This document shows, piece by piece, positions 7,758-17,633 of a DNA stretch of 64,000 nucleotides. The stretch lies in assembly GCF_054482525.1 (NCBI RefSeq), contig NZ_CM137006.1. The stretch is one strand, 5' to 3'. Made by a program: the position numbers and the translations under genes. The first letter of the stretch is position 1. Each line of letters starts with the position of its first letter. The notes beneath the pieces were generated by a model that searched no databases, was not told the DNA's origin, and worked only from the letters and a program-made list of their open reading frames with translations.

Positions 7758-8291
7758 ATGAACGCAAAAATCAGATACGGCCTGTCGGCTGCCGTTCTGG
7801 CACTGATTGCCGTCGGTGCGCCCGCGCCTGATATTCTCGACCAGTTTCTGGATGAAAAAGAAGGTAACCACACAACGGCATACCGCGATGGTTCCGGCAT
7901 CTGGACCATCTGTCGGGGTGCCACGATGGTGGATGGAAAACCCGTTTTTCCCGGTATGAAACTGTCGAAGGAAAAATGCGACCAGGTCAACGCCATTGAG
8001 CGTGATAAGGCGCTGGCATGGGTGGAGCGCAATATTAAAGTACCACTGACCGAACCACAAAAAGCGGGTATCGCGTCATTTTGTCCCTATAACATTGGCC
8101 CCGGTAAGTGTTTTCCATCGACGTTTTATAAGCGGCTGAATGCTGGTGATCGTAAGGGCGCATGCGAGGCGATTCGCTGGTGGATAAAAGATGGTGGGCG
8201 CGATTGCCGCATACGTTCAAATAACTGCTATGGACAGGTTATTCGTCGTGACCAGGAAAGCGCATTAGCCTGTTGGGGAATAGATCAGTGA
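7758..8291 (+). CDS. R: SAR endolysin (T4-lysozyme fold with an N-terminal signal-arrest-release segment)
   Basis: N-terminal hydrophobic Gly/Ala-rich SAR domain ([16 protein letters not shown]); E-8aa-D-5aa-T catalytic pattern ([16 protein letters not shown]); pairs with a pinholin. Confidence 0.85.
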   Translation: MNAKIRYGLSAAVLALIAVGAPAPDILDQFLDEKEGNHTTAYRDGSGIWTICRGATMVDGKPVFPGMKLSKEKCDQVNAIERDKALAWVERNIKVPLTEPQKAGIASFCPYNIGPGKCFPSTFYKRLNAGDRKGACEAIRWWIKDGGRDCRIRSNNCYGQVIRRDQESALACWGIDQ

Positions 8292-8755
8292 GCAGAGTCG
8301 CCGCGATTATTTATGCTCTGGTTATCTGCATCATCGTCTGCCTGTCGTGGGCGGTCAATCATTACCGTGATAACGCCATCACCTACAAAGAACAGCGTGA
8401 TAAAAAAGTCAGTGAGCTGAAGCAGCTGACCGCCACCATCGCTGACATGCAGCAGCGTCAGCGTGATGTTGCTGCGCTCGATGCAAAGTACTCGAGAGAA
8501 TTAGCCAATGCGAAAGCTGAAAATGAAACTCTGCGCGCTGATGTTGCCGCTGGTCGTAAGCGCCTGCGGGTCAATGCCAGTTGCTCCGCAGCCGTGCGTG
8601 AAGCCACCGGACCCACCAGCGTGGATAATGCAACCAGCCCCAGACTGGCAGACACCGCTGAACGGGATTATTTCACCCTCAGAGAACGGTTGATGACGAT
8701 GCAGAAGCAACTGGAAGGGGCACAGCTATACATTCGTGAGCAATGTCTCAGATAA
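8273..8755 (+). CDS. Rz: i-spanin Rz
   Basis: N-terminal TM segment, coiled-coil periplasmic domain; start overlaps the R stop. Confidence 0.8.
   Translation: MGNRSVSRVAAIIYALVICIIVCLSWAVNHYRDNAITYKEQRDKKVSELKQLTATIADMQQRQRDVAALDAKYSRELANAKAENETLRADVAAGRKRLRVNASCSAAVREATGPTSVDNATSPRLADTAERDYFTLRERLMTMQKQLEGAQLYIREQCLR
8508..8693 (+). CDS. Rz1: o-spanin Rz1 lipoprotein embedded in the +1 frame of Rz
   Basis: Lipobox LVVSAC, proline-rich mature peptide; entirely inside Rz, as in lambda and phage 21. Confidence 0.7.
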   Translation: MRKLKMKLCALMLPLVVSACGSMPVAPQPCVKPPDPPAWIMQPAPDWQTPLNGIISPSENG

Positions 8756-8910
8756 AAACCGGCCAAGGATAATCCGCTAAAGATTCGCCGGTGGCGAAAG
8801 AGAGCCAAGGTGTCAACCTACGCTATTACTTATGATAATGCAACAGACGAAGCGGGACATATTGGCGCATAACAAATCAGTGCAGGCTAACTGCAGGAAG
8901 AACTTAGGGC

Positions 8911-9177
8911 GTGAACGTAGAAAACCTAAGTAACGCACATTACATCTATAACGAGATGAAAGAGCTACAGCGACAGAAAGGTATACTGGAAAGTGGTGCA
9001 GGGCTTGGTGTGACAATCCAGTCTGCCTATCAATATAGTGCTTTTCTTGAGGCCATACGCCCGCATGCAGTTGCTGAACTTAACAGCCGTATTGAGGAAA
9101 AGAAATCCGCGCTGGTTAATTTGGGTGCTTCCTTCTCTATATACGAGCATAATAAGGCGGGTTGGAAACCCGCCTAA
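8911..9177 (+). CDS. hypothetical small protein (88 aa); the start may be GTG 8911 or ATG 8956
   Basis: ORF between Rz and the packaging genes; weak SD; the 3' end overlaps the bidirectional hairpin ggcgggtt-ggaa-aacccgcc at 9152-9175. Confidence 0.3.
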   Translation: MNVENLSNAHYIYNEMKELQRQKGILESGAGLGVTIQSAYQYSAFLEAIRPHAVAELNSRIEEKKSALVNLGASFSIYEHNKAGWKPA

Positions 9178-9182
9178 AGCAC

Positions 9183-9722
9183 TTAGAAACTGCGTGGAGC
9201 TGTGGAAAGAATGGATGCCAGTTCTTCCTTCGATAAATCCCAGCTTCGATTTACAGCGTCAATTTTCTTAAACTCATCAAGCATTGCGTTATAGAGATGT
9301 TCTGTACGTGAATGAGTATTGGCAATGGGCTGTTTCTGTTCGGGGAAGCGATCAATTTTCTGATATGCCTCAATGATACTGAAGTAATCGCATTCATTAT
9401 TACCGTCGAAACCTGGGAGCTGAATTGCCCCATCATGTATTTTTAGATGATGGTCACGGACTAATTCTTTTTGCTCGTCATCACTAAGTTTCCTGAAAGC
9501 ATTGGAAAGTCCGCGATACATATTCAAGACAGCAGTAACAAAATCACGATCTTCTTTACTTGGTTCATCAACATCCAAATGTGAATATTCGGCCTTCATA
9601 ACCCAACCATTACCAGATGACACAGCATATTTAACAAGCTGTGGATCAATATCAGTTTCGATACCTAGGTGGATGGCAATGTCACATAACAAAATGGTAT
9701 TGATTTTATCTTTAATATCCAT
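9183..9722 (-). CDS. YfbU (UPF0304)-like protein on the strand opposite to the late operon
   Basis: 179 aa; remembered YfbU blocks align: EDRDFVTAVLNMYRGL vs EETCRTIIDIMEMYHAL, LPGFDGNNE vs FLGFDAATE, DLSKEELASIL vs HLSANEINQII; has its own upstream region 9723-9860. Confidence 0.55.
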   Translation of the reverse strand: MDIKDKINTILLCDIAIHLGIETDIDPQLVKYAVSSGNGWVMKAEYSHLDVDEPSKEDRDFVTAVLNMYRGLSNAFRKLSDDEQKELVRDHHLKIHDGAIQLPGFDGNNECDYFSIIEAYQKIDRFPEQKQPIANTHSRTEHLYNAMLDEFKKIDAVNRSWDLSKEELASILSTAPRSF

Positions 9723-9860
9723 GAGTTAACCCTCTGAAGTAAAAAGTAATATCTACACCCGTTAGCTCATGAAGTCTATTGATCTGGCTCATATCAGCGG
9801 CAAATCTATTTCATGGAGATACTCAATGCAGGTCACTTTTGATTTATATAAGGGCGAAAC

Positions 9861-10211
9861 ATGCCAGCACTAATCCCACGAGCCTGCCGTAAACGTGGAT
9901 GTGCAGGTACAACCACAGACAGTTCTGGTTACTGCGATAAACATCGTGGCGAAGGATGGGTACAGCATCAGCGCGGACTGAGTCGCCACCAGCGTGGCTA
10001 TGGCTCGAAATGGGATGCCATACGTGCGCGCATACTGAAGCGTGATAATGATCTGTGTCAGAACTGCCTGCGCAATGGGAGAGCCGTTGAAGCCAGAACT
10101 GTGGACCACATCATTCCGAAAGCTCATGGTGGCTCGGATGCAGACAGTAACCTGCAGAGTCTGTGCTGGCCCTGCCATAAAGCAAAAACAGCGCGCGAAC
10201 GCATCAATTGA
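9861..10211 (+). CDS. HNH endonuclease (terminase-associated)
   Basis: CxxC...CxxC with DHIIPKAHGGSDADSNLQSLCWPCH; sits immediately upstream of terS as in HK97-like phages. Confidence 0.85.
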   Translation: MPALIPRACRKRGCAGTTTDSSGYCDKHRGEGWVQHQRGLSRHQRGYGSKWDAIRARILKRDNDLCQNCLRNGRAVEARTVDHIIPKAHGGSDADSNLQSLCWPCHKAKTARERIN

Positions 10212-10360
10212 TAACAGTTCCCATCTGTAGGGGAGGGGTGGGTCAAATCCCTGCAGCCCTGGCTGCTCAGTACCGCCGCCTGACCCTTCCTCACATCGCC
10301 GCAGGTTCGAAAACTTTTTTTTTGGAAATGTGAACAAACGATTGATAGGTAAGACCGATT
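10212..10360. other. candidate cos/packaging recognition region between the HNH and terS genes
   Basis: GC-rich non-coding 150 bp (ggggaggggtgggtcaaatccctgcagccc...) at the position of cos in HK97-type genomes. Confidence 0.3.
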
Positions 10361-10843
10361 ATGTCAGGACCTCCGAAAACCCCGCCACGCCTGCATTTGA
10401 TTCGAGGTAACCCCTCAAAGCGCCCCGTTAAAGACCACAAAAAAACCGCTAAAAAGGATGAAAAAGGTCTTCCTAAAATTCCGCAGCATTTAGGGGCTCA
10501 GGGGAAGTACTGGTTCAGGCGAATGGCGGAAGAGCTGAATGCGGAAGGGATCATTTCTCAGCTTGATGCGCGTGCGCTCGAGCTGCTGGTGGAAGCCTAC
10601 ACCGAATATCGGCATCACTGCGAAACACTCGATGTTGAGGGGTATACCTACCGCACGGAAACGCAGAGCGGTGATGTACTGATTAAGGCGCACCCCGCGG
10701 CGGCAATGAAAGCGGATGCCTGGAAGCGGATCCGGGCAATGCTTGCAGAGTTTGGTATGTCACCGGCAAGCCGGGCTAAAGTAAATATCGCCGGACCGGA
10801 TGATGTTGATCCGCTGGCGGAGCTTTTAAAAGCGAGAGACTGA
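10361..10843 (+). CDS. terS: terminase small subunit (P27 family)
   Basis: 160-aa basic N-terminus; P27-family-like; followed by terL with an ATGA start/stop overlap. Confidence 0.8.
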   Translation: MSGPPKTPPRLHLIRGNPSKRPVKDHKKTAKKDEKGLPKIPQHLGAQGKYWFRRMAEELNAEGIISQLDARALELLVEAYTEYRHHCETLDVEGYTYRTETQSGDVLIKAHPAAAMKADAWKRIRAMLAEFGMSPASRAKVNIAGPDDVDPLAELLKARD

Positions 10844-12600
10844 TGGCAAAAGTGGCTGACGGGATCCGCTACGCCGAACGTGTTGTTGCAGGAGAAATTG
10901 TTGCTGGCGAATTTGTCCGCCTGGCCTGCCAGCGTTTTCTTGATGATCTGAAGTACGGCGAAGAGCGGGGGATTTATTTCAGTGAACCCCGTGCGCAGCA
11001 CATCCTGAATTTCTACAAATTTGTGCCTCATGTAAAAGGGGCGCTGGCAGGCCAGCCCATTGAGTTGATGGACTGGCATGTATTTATCCTCATTAATATT
11101 TTTGGTTTTGTCATTCCGCTGGTCAATGAAGAGACCGGGGAAGTTGTCATGCGCAGCGATGGCAGCGGACGTCCGGTGATGGTGCGCCGGTTCCGGACGG
11201 CGTACAACGAAGTCGCCCGTAAAAACGCAAAATCAACTCTGTCATCGGGTATCGGCCTGTATATGACGGGGGCAGATGGTGAAGGCGGAGCTGAGGTGTA
11301 TTCAGCCGCAACCACGCGTGACCAGGCCAGAATCGTGTTTGAAGACGCCAAAAATATGGTCAGAAAAGCCCGGTCGACACTCGGGCGGTTGTTTGATTTC
11401 AACAAGCTGGCGATTTACCAGGAGCAGAGCGCATCAAAATTTGAACCGCTTTCTTCGGATGCAAACAACCTAGATGGTCTGAACATCCACTGCGCCATTA
11501 TTGATGAGCTGCATGCACATAAAACCCGTGACGTGTGGGACGTTCTGGAAACGGCAACCGGTGCCCGTCTGCAGTCCCTTTTATTTGGTATCACCACGGC
11601 AGGGTTTAACAAGGAAGGGATTTGTTACGAGCAGCGTGATTACGCCATCAAGGTATTGCGTGGCTATAACAGCGACGTGGAGGGCGCGGTAAAAGACGAC
11701 TCCTACTTTGCGATTATTTACACCCTCGATGAGGGAGATGATCCGTTTGATGAAACGGTCTGGCAGAAAGCGAATCCCGGCCTGGGCATCTGTAAACGCT
11801 GGGATGATCTGCGTCGCCTGGCGAAAAAAGCGAAAGAACAGGTCTCTGCGCGGGTGAATTTTTTTACCAAACACATGAATGTGTGGGTAACAGCAGAGTC
11901 TGCCTGGATGGACATGATTAAGTGGGAGAAGTGCGAATACATTGCCCCACGACATGAGCTGAAAACGTATCCCATGTGGGTCGGCGTTGACCTTGCTCAT
12001 AAGATTGATATCTGTGCGGCGGCAAAACTCTGGCGAACGGATAACGGGCATGTTCATGCCGATTTTAAATTCTGGCTTCCGGAAGGACGGCTGGAACGAT
12101 GCTCGCGGCAGCAGGCAGAACTTTACCGGAAGTGGGCGGAGATGGATAAGCTGATTCTGACGGATGGTGATGTTATCGATCATGCTCAGATAAAAAGTGA
12201 CTTACTGGAATGGATTGGTGGTGAAAACCTCAGGGAACTGGGATTTGACCCGTGGAGCGCGATGCAGTTCAGCCTGGCACTGGCTGAAGAAGGGATACCG
12301 CTGGTGGAGGTTCCGCAGACGGTTCGCAATCTGTCAGAGGCCATGAAGGAAACGGAATCACTGGTCTATGCCGGGCGTTTCCATCACAGCAATCATCCGG
12401 TCATGAACTGGATGATGTCTAACGTTACGGTAAAACCGGACAAAAACGACAATATCTTCCCGAATAAATCCACGCTGGAAGCCAAAATCGACGGCCCTGT
12501 TGCGATGTTTACAGCAATGAGCCGGATGCTGGTCAATGGTGGTGAACCGGAGCTGGATCTGTCTGAACATCTGGTCAGCGTGGGCATCCGCTCGCTTTAA
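10843..12600 (+). CDS. terL: terminase large subunit
   Basis: 585 aa; ATPase and nuclease domains (e.g. AIIDELH motif). Confidence 0.9.
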   Translation: MAKVADGIRYAERVVAGEIVAGEFVRLACQRFLDDLKYGEERGIYFSEPRAQHILNFYKFVPHVKGALAGQPIELMDWHVFILINIFGFVIPLVNEETGEVVMRSDGSGRPVMVRRFRTAYNEVARKNAKSTLSSGIGLYMTGADGEGGAEVYSAATTRDQARIVFEDAKNMVRKARSTLGRLFDFNKLAIYQEQSASKFEPLSSDANNLDGLNIHCAIIDELHAHKTRDVWDVLETATGARLQSLLFGITTAGFNKEGICYEQRDYAIKVLRGYNSDVEGAVKDDSYFAIIYTLDEGDDPFDETVWQKANPGLGICKRWDDLRRLAKKAKEQVSARVNFFTKHMNVWVTAESAWMDMIKWEKCEYIAPRHELKTYPMWVGVDLAHKIDICAAAKLWRTDNGHVHADFKFWLPEGRLERCSRQQAELYRKWAEMDKLILTDGDVIDHAQIKSDLLEWIGGENLRELGFDPWSAMQFSLALAEEGIPLVEVPQTVRNLSEAMKETESLVYAGRFHHSNHPVMNWMMSNVTVKPDKNDNIFPNKSTLEAKIDGPVAMFTAMSRMLVNGGEPELDLSEHLVSVGIRSL

Positions 12601-12611
12601 CCGAGGTCATT

Positions 12612-12794
12612 ATGTTTCTGATAATTCTCGCGCCACTGGTGGGCGTGCTGGGTGCGCTTTTGCTGGCGTATGGTGCCTGGCTGATTTATCCCCCGGCGGG
12701 TTTTGTTGTTGCCGGGGTGCTGTGCCTGTTCTGGTCGTGGCTGGTGGCGCGATATCTCGACCGTACACAGCCGTCTGTCGGCGGAGGTAAATAG
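12612..12794 (+). CDS. small membrane protein (60 aa)
   Basis: Two hydrophobic segments; tightly packed between terL and the portal gene. Confidence 0.4.
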   Translation: MFLIILAPLVGVLGALLLAYGAWLIYPPAGFVVAGVLCLFWSWLVARYLDRTQPSVGGGK

Positions 12795-14035
12795 TGTTCT
12801 TTTCGGGATTATTTCAACGAAAAAGTGACGCACCGGTGACCACGCCAGCAGAGCTGGCGGATGCCATCGGGTTGTCTTACGACACCTATACCGGAAAGCA
12901 GATCAGCAGTCAGCGGGCCATGCGACTGACGGCGGTTTTTTCCTGCGTCAGAGTGCTGGCAGAGTCGGTCGGGATGTTGCCCTGCAATCTGTATCACCTG
13001 AACGGCAGCCTGAAACAGAGGGCCACCGGCGAACGTCTGCATAAGCTGATCTCCACGCATCCCAATGGCTATATGACGCCGCAGGAGTTCTGGGAGCTGG
13101 TGGTCACCTGTCTGTGCCTGAGGGGAAACTTTTACGCCTACAAAGTGAAAGCATTTGGCGAAGTGGCTGAACTGCTGCCCGTCGATCCCGGTTGTGTGGT
13201 ACCGAAGCTTAACAGTCGCTGGGAGCCGGTCTATCAGGTCACATTCCCGGACGGTTCCACGGATGTACTGAGCCAGGAAGATATCTGGCATGTGCGCACG
13301 CTGACGCTGGACGGTCTGGTGGGACTGAATCCCATCGCCTATGCCCGCGAGGCAATATCGCTGGCAGCAGCGACCGAAGAGCACGGGGCCAGACTGTTCA
13401 GCAATGGTGCGGTGACGTCCGGTGTGTTGCGTACAGAACAGACGCTGTCGGATCAGGCTTATGAGCGCCTGAAGAAAGATTTTGAGGAGCGTCACACCGG
13501 GCTTGGCAATGCTCACCGCCCGATGATCCTTGAGATGGGGCTGGACTGGAAGTCGATGGCGCTGAACGCCGAGGACAGCCAGTTCCTGGAAACCCGCAAG
13601 TTTCAGCTTGAAGAAATCTGTCGTCTGTTCCGGGTGCCGTTGCACATGGTGCAGAACACCGATCGCGCCACCTTCAACAATATCGAAGAGCTGGGGCTGG
13701 GATTTATCAACTATTCACTGGTGCCGTATCTGACCCGCATCGAACAGCGGATCAACACCGGACTGGTACGAAAAAGTAAGCAGGGCGTTTATTACGCCAA
13801 ATTTAACGCCGGGGCGTTACTGCGCGGGGATATGAAGTCCCGTTTTGAAGCCTACGCCACCGGGATCAACTGGGGAATTTACTCTCCCAATGACTGCCGC
13901 GACCTGGAAGATATGAATCCGCGTCCCGGTGGTGATGTCTATCTCACACCGATGAACATGACCACAAAACCCTCCGATGGCAGTAAAGCCGGTAAGCAGA
14001 AGGATAACGCCAATGCAGACGAAACAACGTCTTGA
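12794..14035 (+). CDS. portal protein (HK97 family)
   Basis: 413 aa in the conserved position after terL; GTG start overlaps the preceding stop. Confidence 0.85.
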   Translation: MFFSGLFQRKSDAPVTTPAELADAIGLSYDTYTGKQISSQRAMRLTAVFSCVRVLAESVGMLPCNLYHLNGSLKQRATGERLHKLISTHPNGYMTPQEFWELVVTCLCLRGNFYAYKVKAFGEVAELLPVDPGCVVPKLNSRWEPVYQVTFPDGSTDVLSQEDIWHVRTLTLDGLVGLNPIAYAREAISLAAATEEHGARLFSNGAVTSGVLRTEQTLSDQAYERLKKDFEERHTGLGNAHRPMILEMGLDWKSMALNAEDSQFLETRKFQLEEICRLFRVPLHMVQNTDRATFNNIEELGLGFINYSLVPYLTRIEQRINTGLVRKSKQGVYYAKFNAGALLRGDMKSRFEAYATGINWGIYSPNDCRDLEDMNPRPGGDVYLTPMNMTTKPSDGSKAGKQKDNANADETTS

Positions 14036-14663
14036 TGTACCGCTGAGTCTGAAATCTGTCAGTGACTCCGGTGAGTTTGAAGGGTATGGCTCCGTCTTTG
14101 GTGTAAAGGACAGCCACGATGATGTGGTGATGTCCGGGGCATTTGCTGCTTCCCTGCGGGCGTGGAGTGACAGAAAAGCGTTACCTGCGCTGCTCTGGCA
14201 GCACCGCATGGATGAACCCATCGGTGTTTACACCGAAATGAAGGAAGACGATGTCGGGCTTTACGTCAGGGGACGGTTGCTTATTGATGATGATCCCCTC
14301 GCAAAACGCGCACATGCACACATGAAGGCCGGTTCGTTAACCGGCCTTTCTATTGGGTACGTCCTGAAAGACTGGGAATACGACCGGAGCAAAGAAGCCT
14401 TTCTGCTGAAAGAAATCGACCTCTGGGAAGTCAGCCTGGTGACGTTCCCGTCTAACGACGAGGCGCGGATCAGCGACGTCAAGAACGCACTGGCCCGCGG
14501 GGAAATCCCCGAACAGAAAAAAATCGAAAGAGTCCTGCGTGATGTCGGACTCTCCCGTACCCAGGCCAAAGCATTCATGGCCGGGGGCTATGGCGCACTG
14601 TCCCTGCGCGACGCTGAGGATGTGGGCTCTGCACTGAATGCACTGAAAAATCTAAACTTCTAA
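14013..14663 (+). CDS. prohead maturation protease (HK97 family); start probably 14013 (alternative 13977), overlapping the portal stop
   Basis: Family motifs ...GYGSVFGVKDSHDDVVMSGAF...; lies between portal and major capsid. Confidence 0.8.
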   Translation: MQTKQRLDVPLSLKSVSDSGEFEGYGSVFGVKDSHDDVVMSGAFAASLRAWSDRKALPALLWQHRMDEPIGVYTEMKEDDVGLYVRGRLLIDDDPLAKRAHAHMKAGSLTGLSIGYVLKDWEYDRSKEAFLLKEIDLWEVSLVTFPSNDEARISDVKNALARGEIPEQKKIERVLRDVGLSRTQAKAFMAGGYGALSLRDAEDVGSALNALKNLNF

Positions 14664-14677
14664 TCAGGAGAAATACG

Positions 14678-15883
14678 ATGGCGGTTGATATTAAAGATGT
14701 CGAACAGGTCGCGCAGGAGCTGCAGCAGAAGTTTGACGACTTCAAAGCAAAGAACGACAAGCGCGTGGATGCGATTGAGCAGGAAAAAGGCAAACTTGCC
14801 GGGCAGGTGGAAACCCTGAACGGGAAACTCAGCGAGCTGGAAAACCTCAAAAGCGATCTTGAAAAAGAGCTGCTTGAGCTGAAACGTCCGGCAGGTGGTG
14901 CGCAAAATAAACTGGCCACCGAGCATAAAGAAGCGTTTGTGGGCTTCCTGCGTAAAGGCCGTGAAGATGGTCTGCGCGATCTGGAGCGCAAGGCATTACA
15001 GGTGGGCACCGATGAAGACGGCGGCTATGCCGTGCCGGAAGCACTGGATCGCAACATTCTCACCCTGCTGAAAGATGAAGTGGTGATGCGCCAGGAAGCC
15101 ACGGTGATCAGCGTTGGTGGTTCCGACTACAAAAAACTGGTGAATCTGGGCGGCACGGCTTCCGGATGGGTTGGCGAGACTGACGCGCGCTCCCAGACTG
15201 CCACCTCAAAACTGGGCCTGATTGAACCTTTCATGGGGGAAATCTACGGTAACCCGCAGGCCACCCAGAAAATGCTGGATGATGCCTTTTTCAACGTGGA
15301 AGCATGGATCAACAGCGAGCTGGCAACCGAATTTGCCGAACAGGAAGAAATTGCCTTTACCACCGGCGATGGTACCAAGAAGCCGAAAGGGTTCCTGGCG
15401 TATGAGTCCACGGATGAAACAGACAAGGTCCGGGCGTTCGGCAAACTTCAGCATATTGTATCCGGCGAAGCGACGGCGGTGACCGCAGATGCCATTATCA
15501 AACTGATTTACACGCTGCGTAAGGCACACCGCACTGGCGCGAAGTTCATGATGAACAACAACAGTCTGTTTGCCATCCGTCTGCTGAAAGACAGTGAGGG
15601 TAACTATCTGTGGCGTCCGGGGCTGGAGCTGGGGCAGCCGTCCTCTCTGGCGGGTTACGGTATCGCTGAAAACGAACAGATGCCGGATATTGCCGCTGAT
15701 GCGAAAGCCATTGCATTTGGTAACTTCAAACGGGGTTACACCATCGTTGACCGTATCGGTACCCGCATTCTGCGTGACCCGTACACCAATAAACCGTTTG
15801 TCGGTTTTTATACCACCAAGCGCACCGGCGGCATGCTGGTCGATTCGCAGGCCATCAAACTGCTGAAGATTGCAGCGGCGTAA
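14678..15883 (+). CDS. major capsid protein (HK97 fold) with an N-terminal scaffolding-like delta domain
   Basis: 401 aa; strong SD aggag; coiled-coil N-terminal ~100 aa, then the capsid domain. Confidence 0.9.
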   Translation: MAVDIKDVEQVAQELQQKFDDFKAKNDKRVDAIEQEKGKLAGQVETLNGKLSELENLKSDLEKELLELKRPAGGAQNKLATEHKEAFVGFLRKGREDGLRDLERKALQVGTDEDGGYAVPEALDRNILTLLKDEVVMRQEATVISVGGSDYKKLVNLGGTASGWVGETDARSQTATSKLGLIEPFMGEIYGNPQATQKMLDDAFFNVEAWINSELATEFAEQEEIAFTTGDGTKKPKGFLAYESTDETDKVRAFGKLQHIVSGEATAVTADAIIKLIYTLRKAHRTGAKFMMNNNSLFAIRLLKDSEGNYLWRPGLELGQPSSLAGYGIAENEQMPDIAADAKAIAFGNFKRGYTIVDRIGTRILRDPYTNKPFVGFYTTKRTGGMLVDSQAIKLLKIAAA

Positions 15884-15890
15884 TCATTCA

Positions 15891-15918
15891 GGGGGCGCAG
15901 AAGTGCGCCCCCTGTTCT
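15891..15918 (+). terminator. strong hairpin downstream of the major capsid gene
   Basis: gggggcgca-gaag-tgcgccccc 9-bp GC stem followed by a U-containing tract. Confidence 0.55.
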
Positions 15919-15934
15919 GACAGGTGAAAGAATC

Positions 15935-16123
15935 ATGATCCTGAAACAAGATCTGAAATGGTCACCGGACGGTATGCGTGTTGAGATTATTCGGGCCGGT
16001 GAGTATGAAGATAAAGAATTACCCGAACGGGTACGCGAAATTGCCACTGCAGCTGGGATTGTCTCTGATAAGAGAACACCTGTTGCGCGGGGGGCTGATA
16101 AGTCTAAAAAACAGCATTCATAG
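15935..16123 (+). CDS. hypothetical head-module protein (62 aa)
   Basis: SD gaaagaatcATG; sits between the capsid and connector genes. Confidence 0.4.
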   Translation: MILKQDLKWSPDGMRVEIIRAGEYEDKELPERVREIATAAGIVSDKRTPVARGADKSKKQHS

Positions 16124-16134
16124 AGGTTGCCCAA

Positions 16135-16440
16135 ATGATGCCCACTCTGGAAGAGCTTCGTGTTCAGTGCCGGATTGATGATGACAATGAACAGGAGAAT
16201 TCTCTTCTTATGATGTATCTGGCTGCTGCCAGGGAAGAGGCTGAAAAGTTTTTAAACCGGACGCTTTACGATGAAACTGTTTCTGAGCAGGATACGACCG
16301 GGCTTGTAATAACACCTCTGATAAAACTGCGTCTTATGCAACTGGTTGGCTACTGGTACGAGAACAGGGAAATGCAGGATGCAGTGCCTGATTTTTTCTA
16401 TACCGGACTGCGGATGTATCGATTTCATCCCGGAACATAG
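16135..16440 (+). CDS. head-tail connector (gp6-like)
   Basis: 101 aa; position and size in the HK97-like order. Confidence 0.65.
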   Translation: MMPTLEELRVQCRIDDDNEQENSLLMMYLAAAREEAEKFLNRTLYDETVSEQDTTGLVITPLIKLRLMQLVGYWYENREMQDAVPDFFYTGLRMYRFHPGT

Positions 16441-16448
16441 GAGGATTC

Positions 16449-16787
16449 ATGCAGGCAGGAAGATTACGTGATCGTGTGGTTATTCTGAATGCCACCACCG
16501 TTCGGTCTCCGTCAGGGCACCCTGTGGAAACAATGACGGAGGGGGCAACCATATGGGCAGAAGTTAAGGGGATCAGTGGCAGGGAGAGAATATCCGGAGG
16601 CGCAGAAACTGCTCAGGCTACAGTGAGGGTCTGGATGAGATTCCGGCGAGATGTAACAGCAACTTCATGTCTGAAAGTGCTGACTGGTGCATTCAAAGGC
16701 GCGATTCTGAGTATAGACGGTCCGCCGATACCGGATGCTCGTGCCACACGGCTTGAGATACTCTGTTCTCAGAAGGGGAATGTGTGA
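16449..16787 (+). CDS. head closure / head-tail adaptor protein
   Basis: 112 aa; gene order. Confidence 0.6.
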   Translation: MQAGRLRDRVVILNATTVRSPSGHPVETMTEGATIWAEVKGISGRERISGGAETAQATVRVWMRFRRDVTATSCLKVLTGAFKGAILSIDGPPIPDARATRLEILCSQKGNV

Positions 16788-17233
16788 TGGATTTCAGTCT
16801 TGATTTTTCAGGTCTGGCGGATATTGCACGGGATCTGGAGACGCTCAGCAGGGCAGAAAATAATAAGGTACTGCGCGATGCCACCCGTGCCGGTGCTGAA
16901 GTTATGCGGGATGCAGTTGTTGAACGTGCGCCGGAGCGAACCGGGAAACTGAAGAAAAATGTGGTTGTTCTCACTCAGCGTTCAAAGCGTCGCGGGGAAA
17001 TTATCTCGGGTGTCCACATTCGTGGACGGAACCTGCGAACCGGAAACAGTGATAACAGCATGAAAGCCAGTGATCCCCGAAATGCGTTTTACTGGCGCTT
17101 TGTGGAGCTGGGAACGATAAACATGCCCGCGCATCCGTTCATTCGCCCGGCTTTCGATACGACAGAGGAACTGGCAGCACAGATTGCCATACAGCGAATG
17201 AATCAGGCTATTGATGAGGTCTTAAGTAAATGA
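16784..17233 (+). CDS. HK97 gp10-like neck protein
   Basis: 149 aa; overlapping start/stop; gene order. Confidence 0.55.
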   Translation: MMDFSLDFSGLADIARDLETLSRAENNKVLRDATRAGAEVMRDAVVERAPERTGKLKKNVVVLTQRSKRRGEIISGVHIRGRNLRTGNSDNSMKASDPRNAFYWRFVELGTINMPAHPFIRPAFDTTEELAAQIAIQRMNQAIDEVLSK

Positions 17234-17574
17234 GAGAGACCACACTGTATTCCCTGCTGTCTCAACTGGCCGGAGGACAGGTTTATCCTTATGTGGTCCC
17301 GCTGACGGAGGGAAAGCCTGCGGTATCTCCGCCATGGCTGGTATTTTCTGTGGTGTCTGACACTGCGTCTGATGTGCTTGATGGTCAGGCTGAATCCAGA
17401 ATTACCGTGCAGATCGATGTCTGGGCAACAGTACCTGATGACGCAGATGATATCCGTGAGCAGGCGCTTGATGCGGTAAGGCAACTTGCACCCTCCGTTA
17501 TTTCTAAAACTCAGGGTTATGATCCTGATTCCCGTCTGAGCAGAGCCACGCTTGAATTTCAGGTAATAGCCTGA
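17230..17574 (+). CDS. tail completion / tail terminator protein
   Basis: 114 aa; last gene before the major tail gene. Confidence 0.5.
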   Translation: MRETTLYSLLSQLAGGQVYPYVVPLTEGKPAVSPPWLVFSVVSDTASDVLDGQAESRITVQIDVWATVPDDADDIREQALDAVRQLAPSVISKTQGYDPDSRLSRATLEFQVIA

Positions 17575-17595
17575 GGTCGTTAATGATTTTACCCA

Positions 17596-17616
17596 CCCGC
17601 CGCTGGCGGGTTTTTT
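17596..17616 (+). terminator. intrinsic terminator between the neck genes and the major tail gene
   Basis: cccgc-cgctg-gcggg hairpin + TTTTTT. Confidence 0.65.
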
Positions 17617-17633
17617 ATTTTCAGGAGACGAGT

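Noticed and set aside
11581-12183. 200-aa minus-strand ORF inside terL; similar antisense ORFs inside the portal, tape measure, dgcQ, dcm and fliI genes
   Set aside because: Antisense frames of long, well-supported genes
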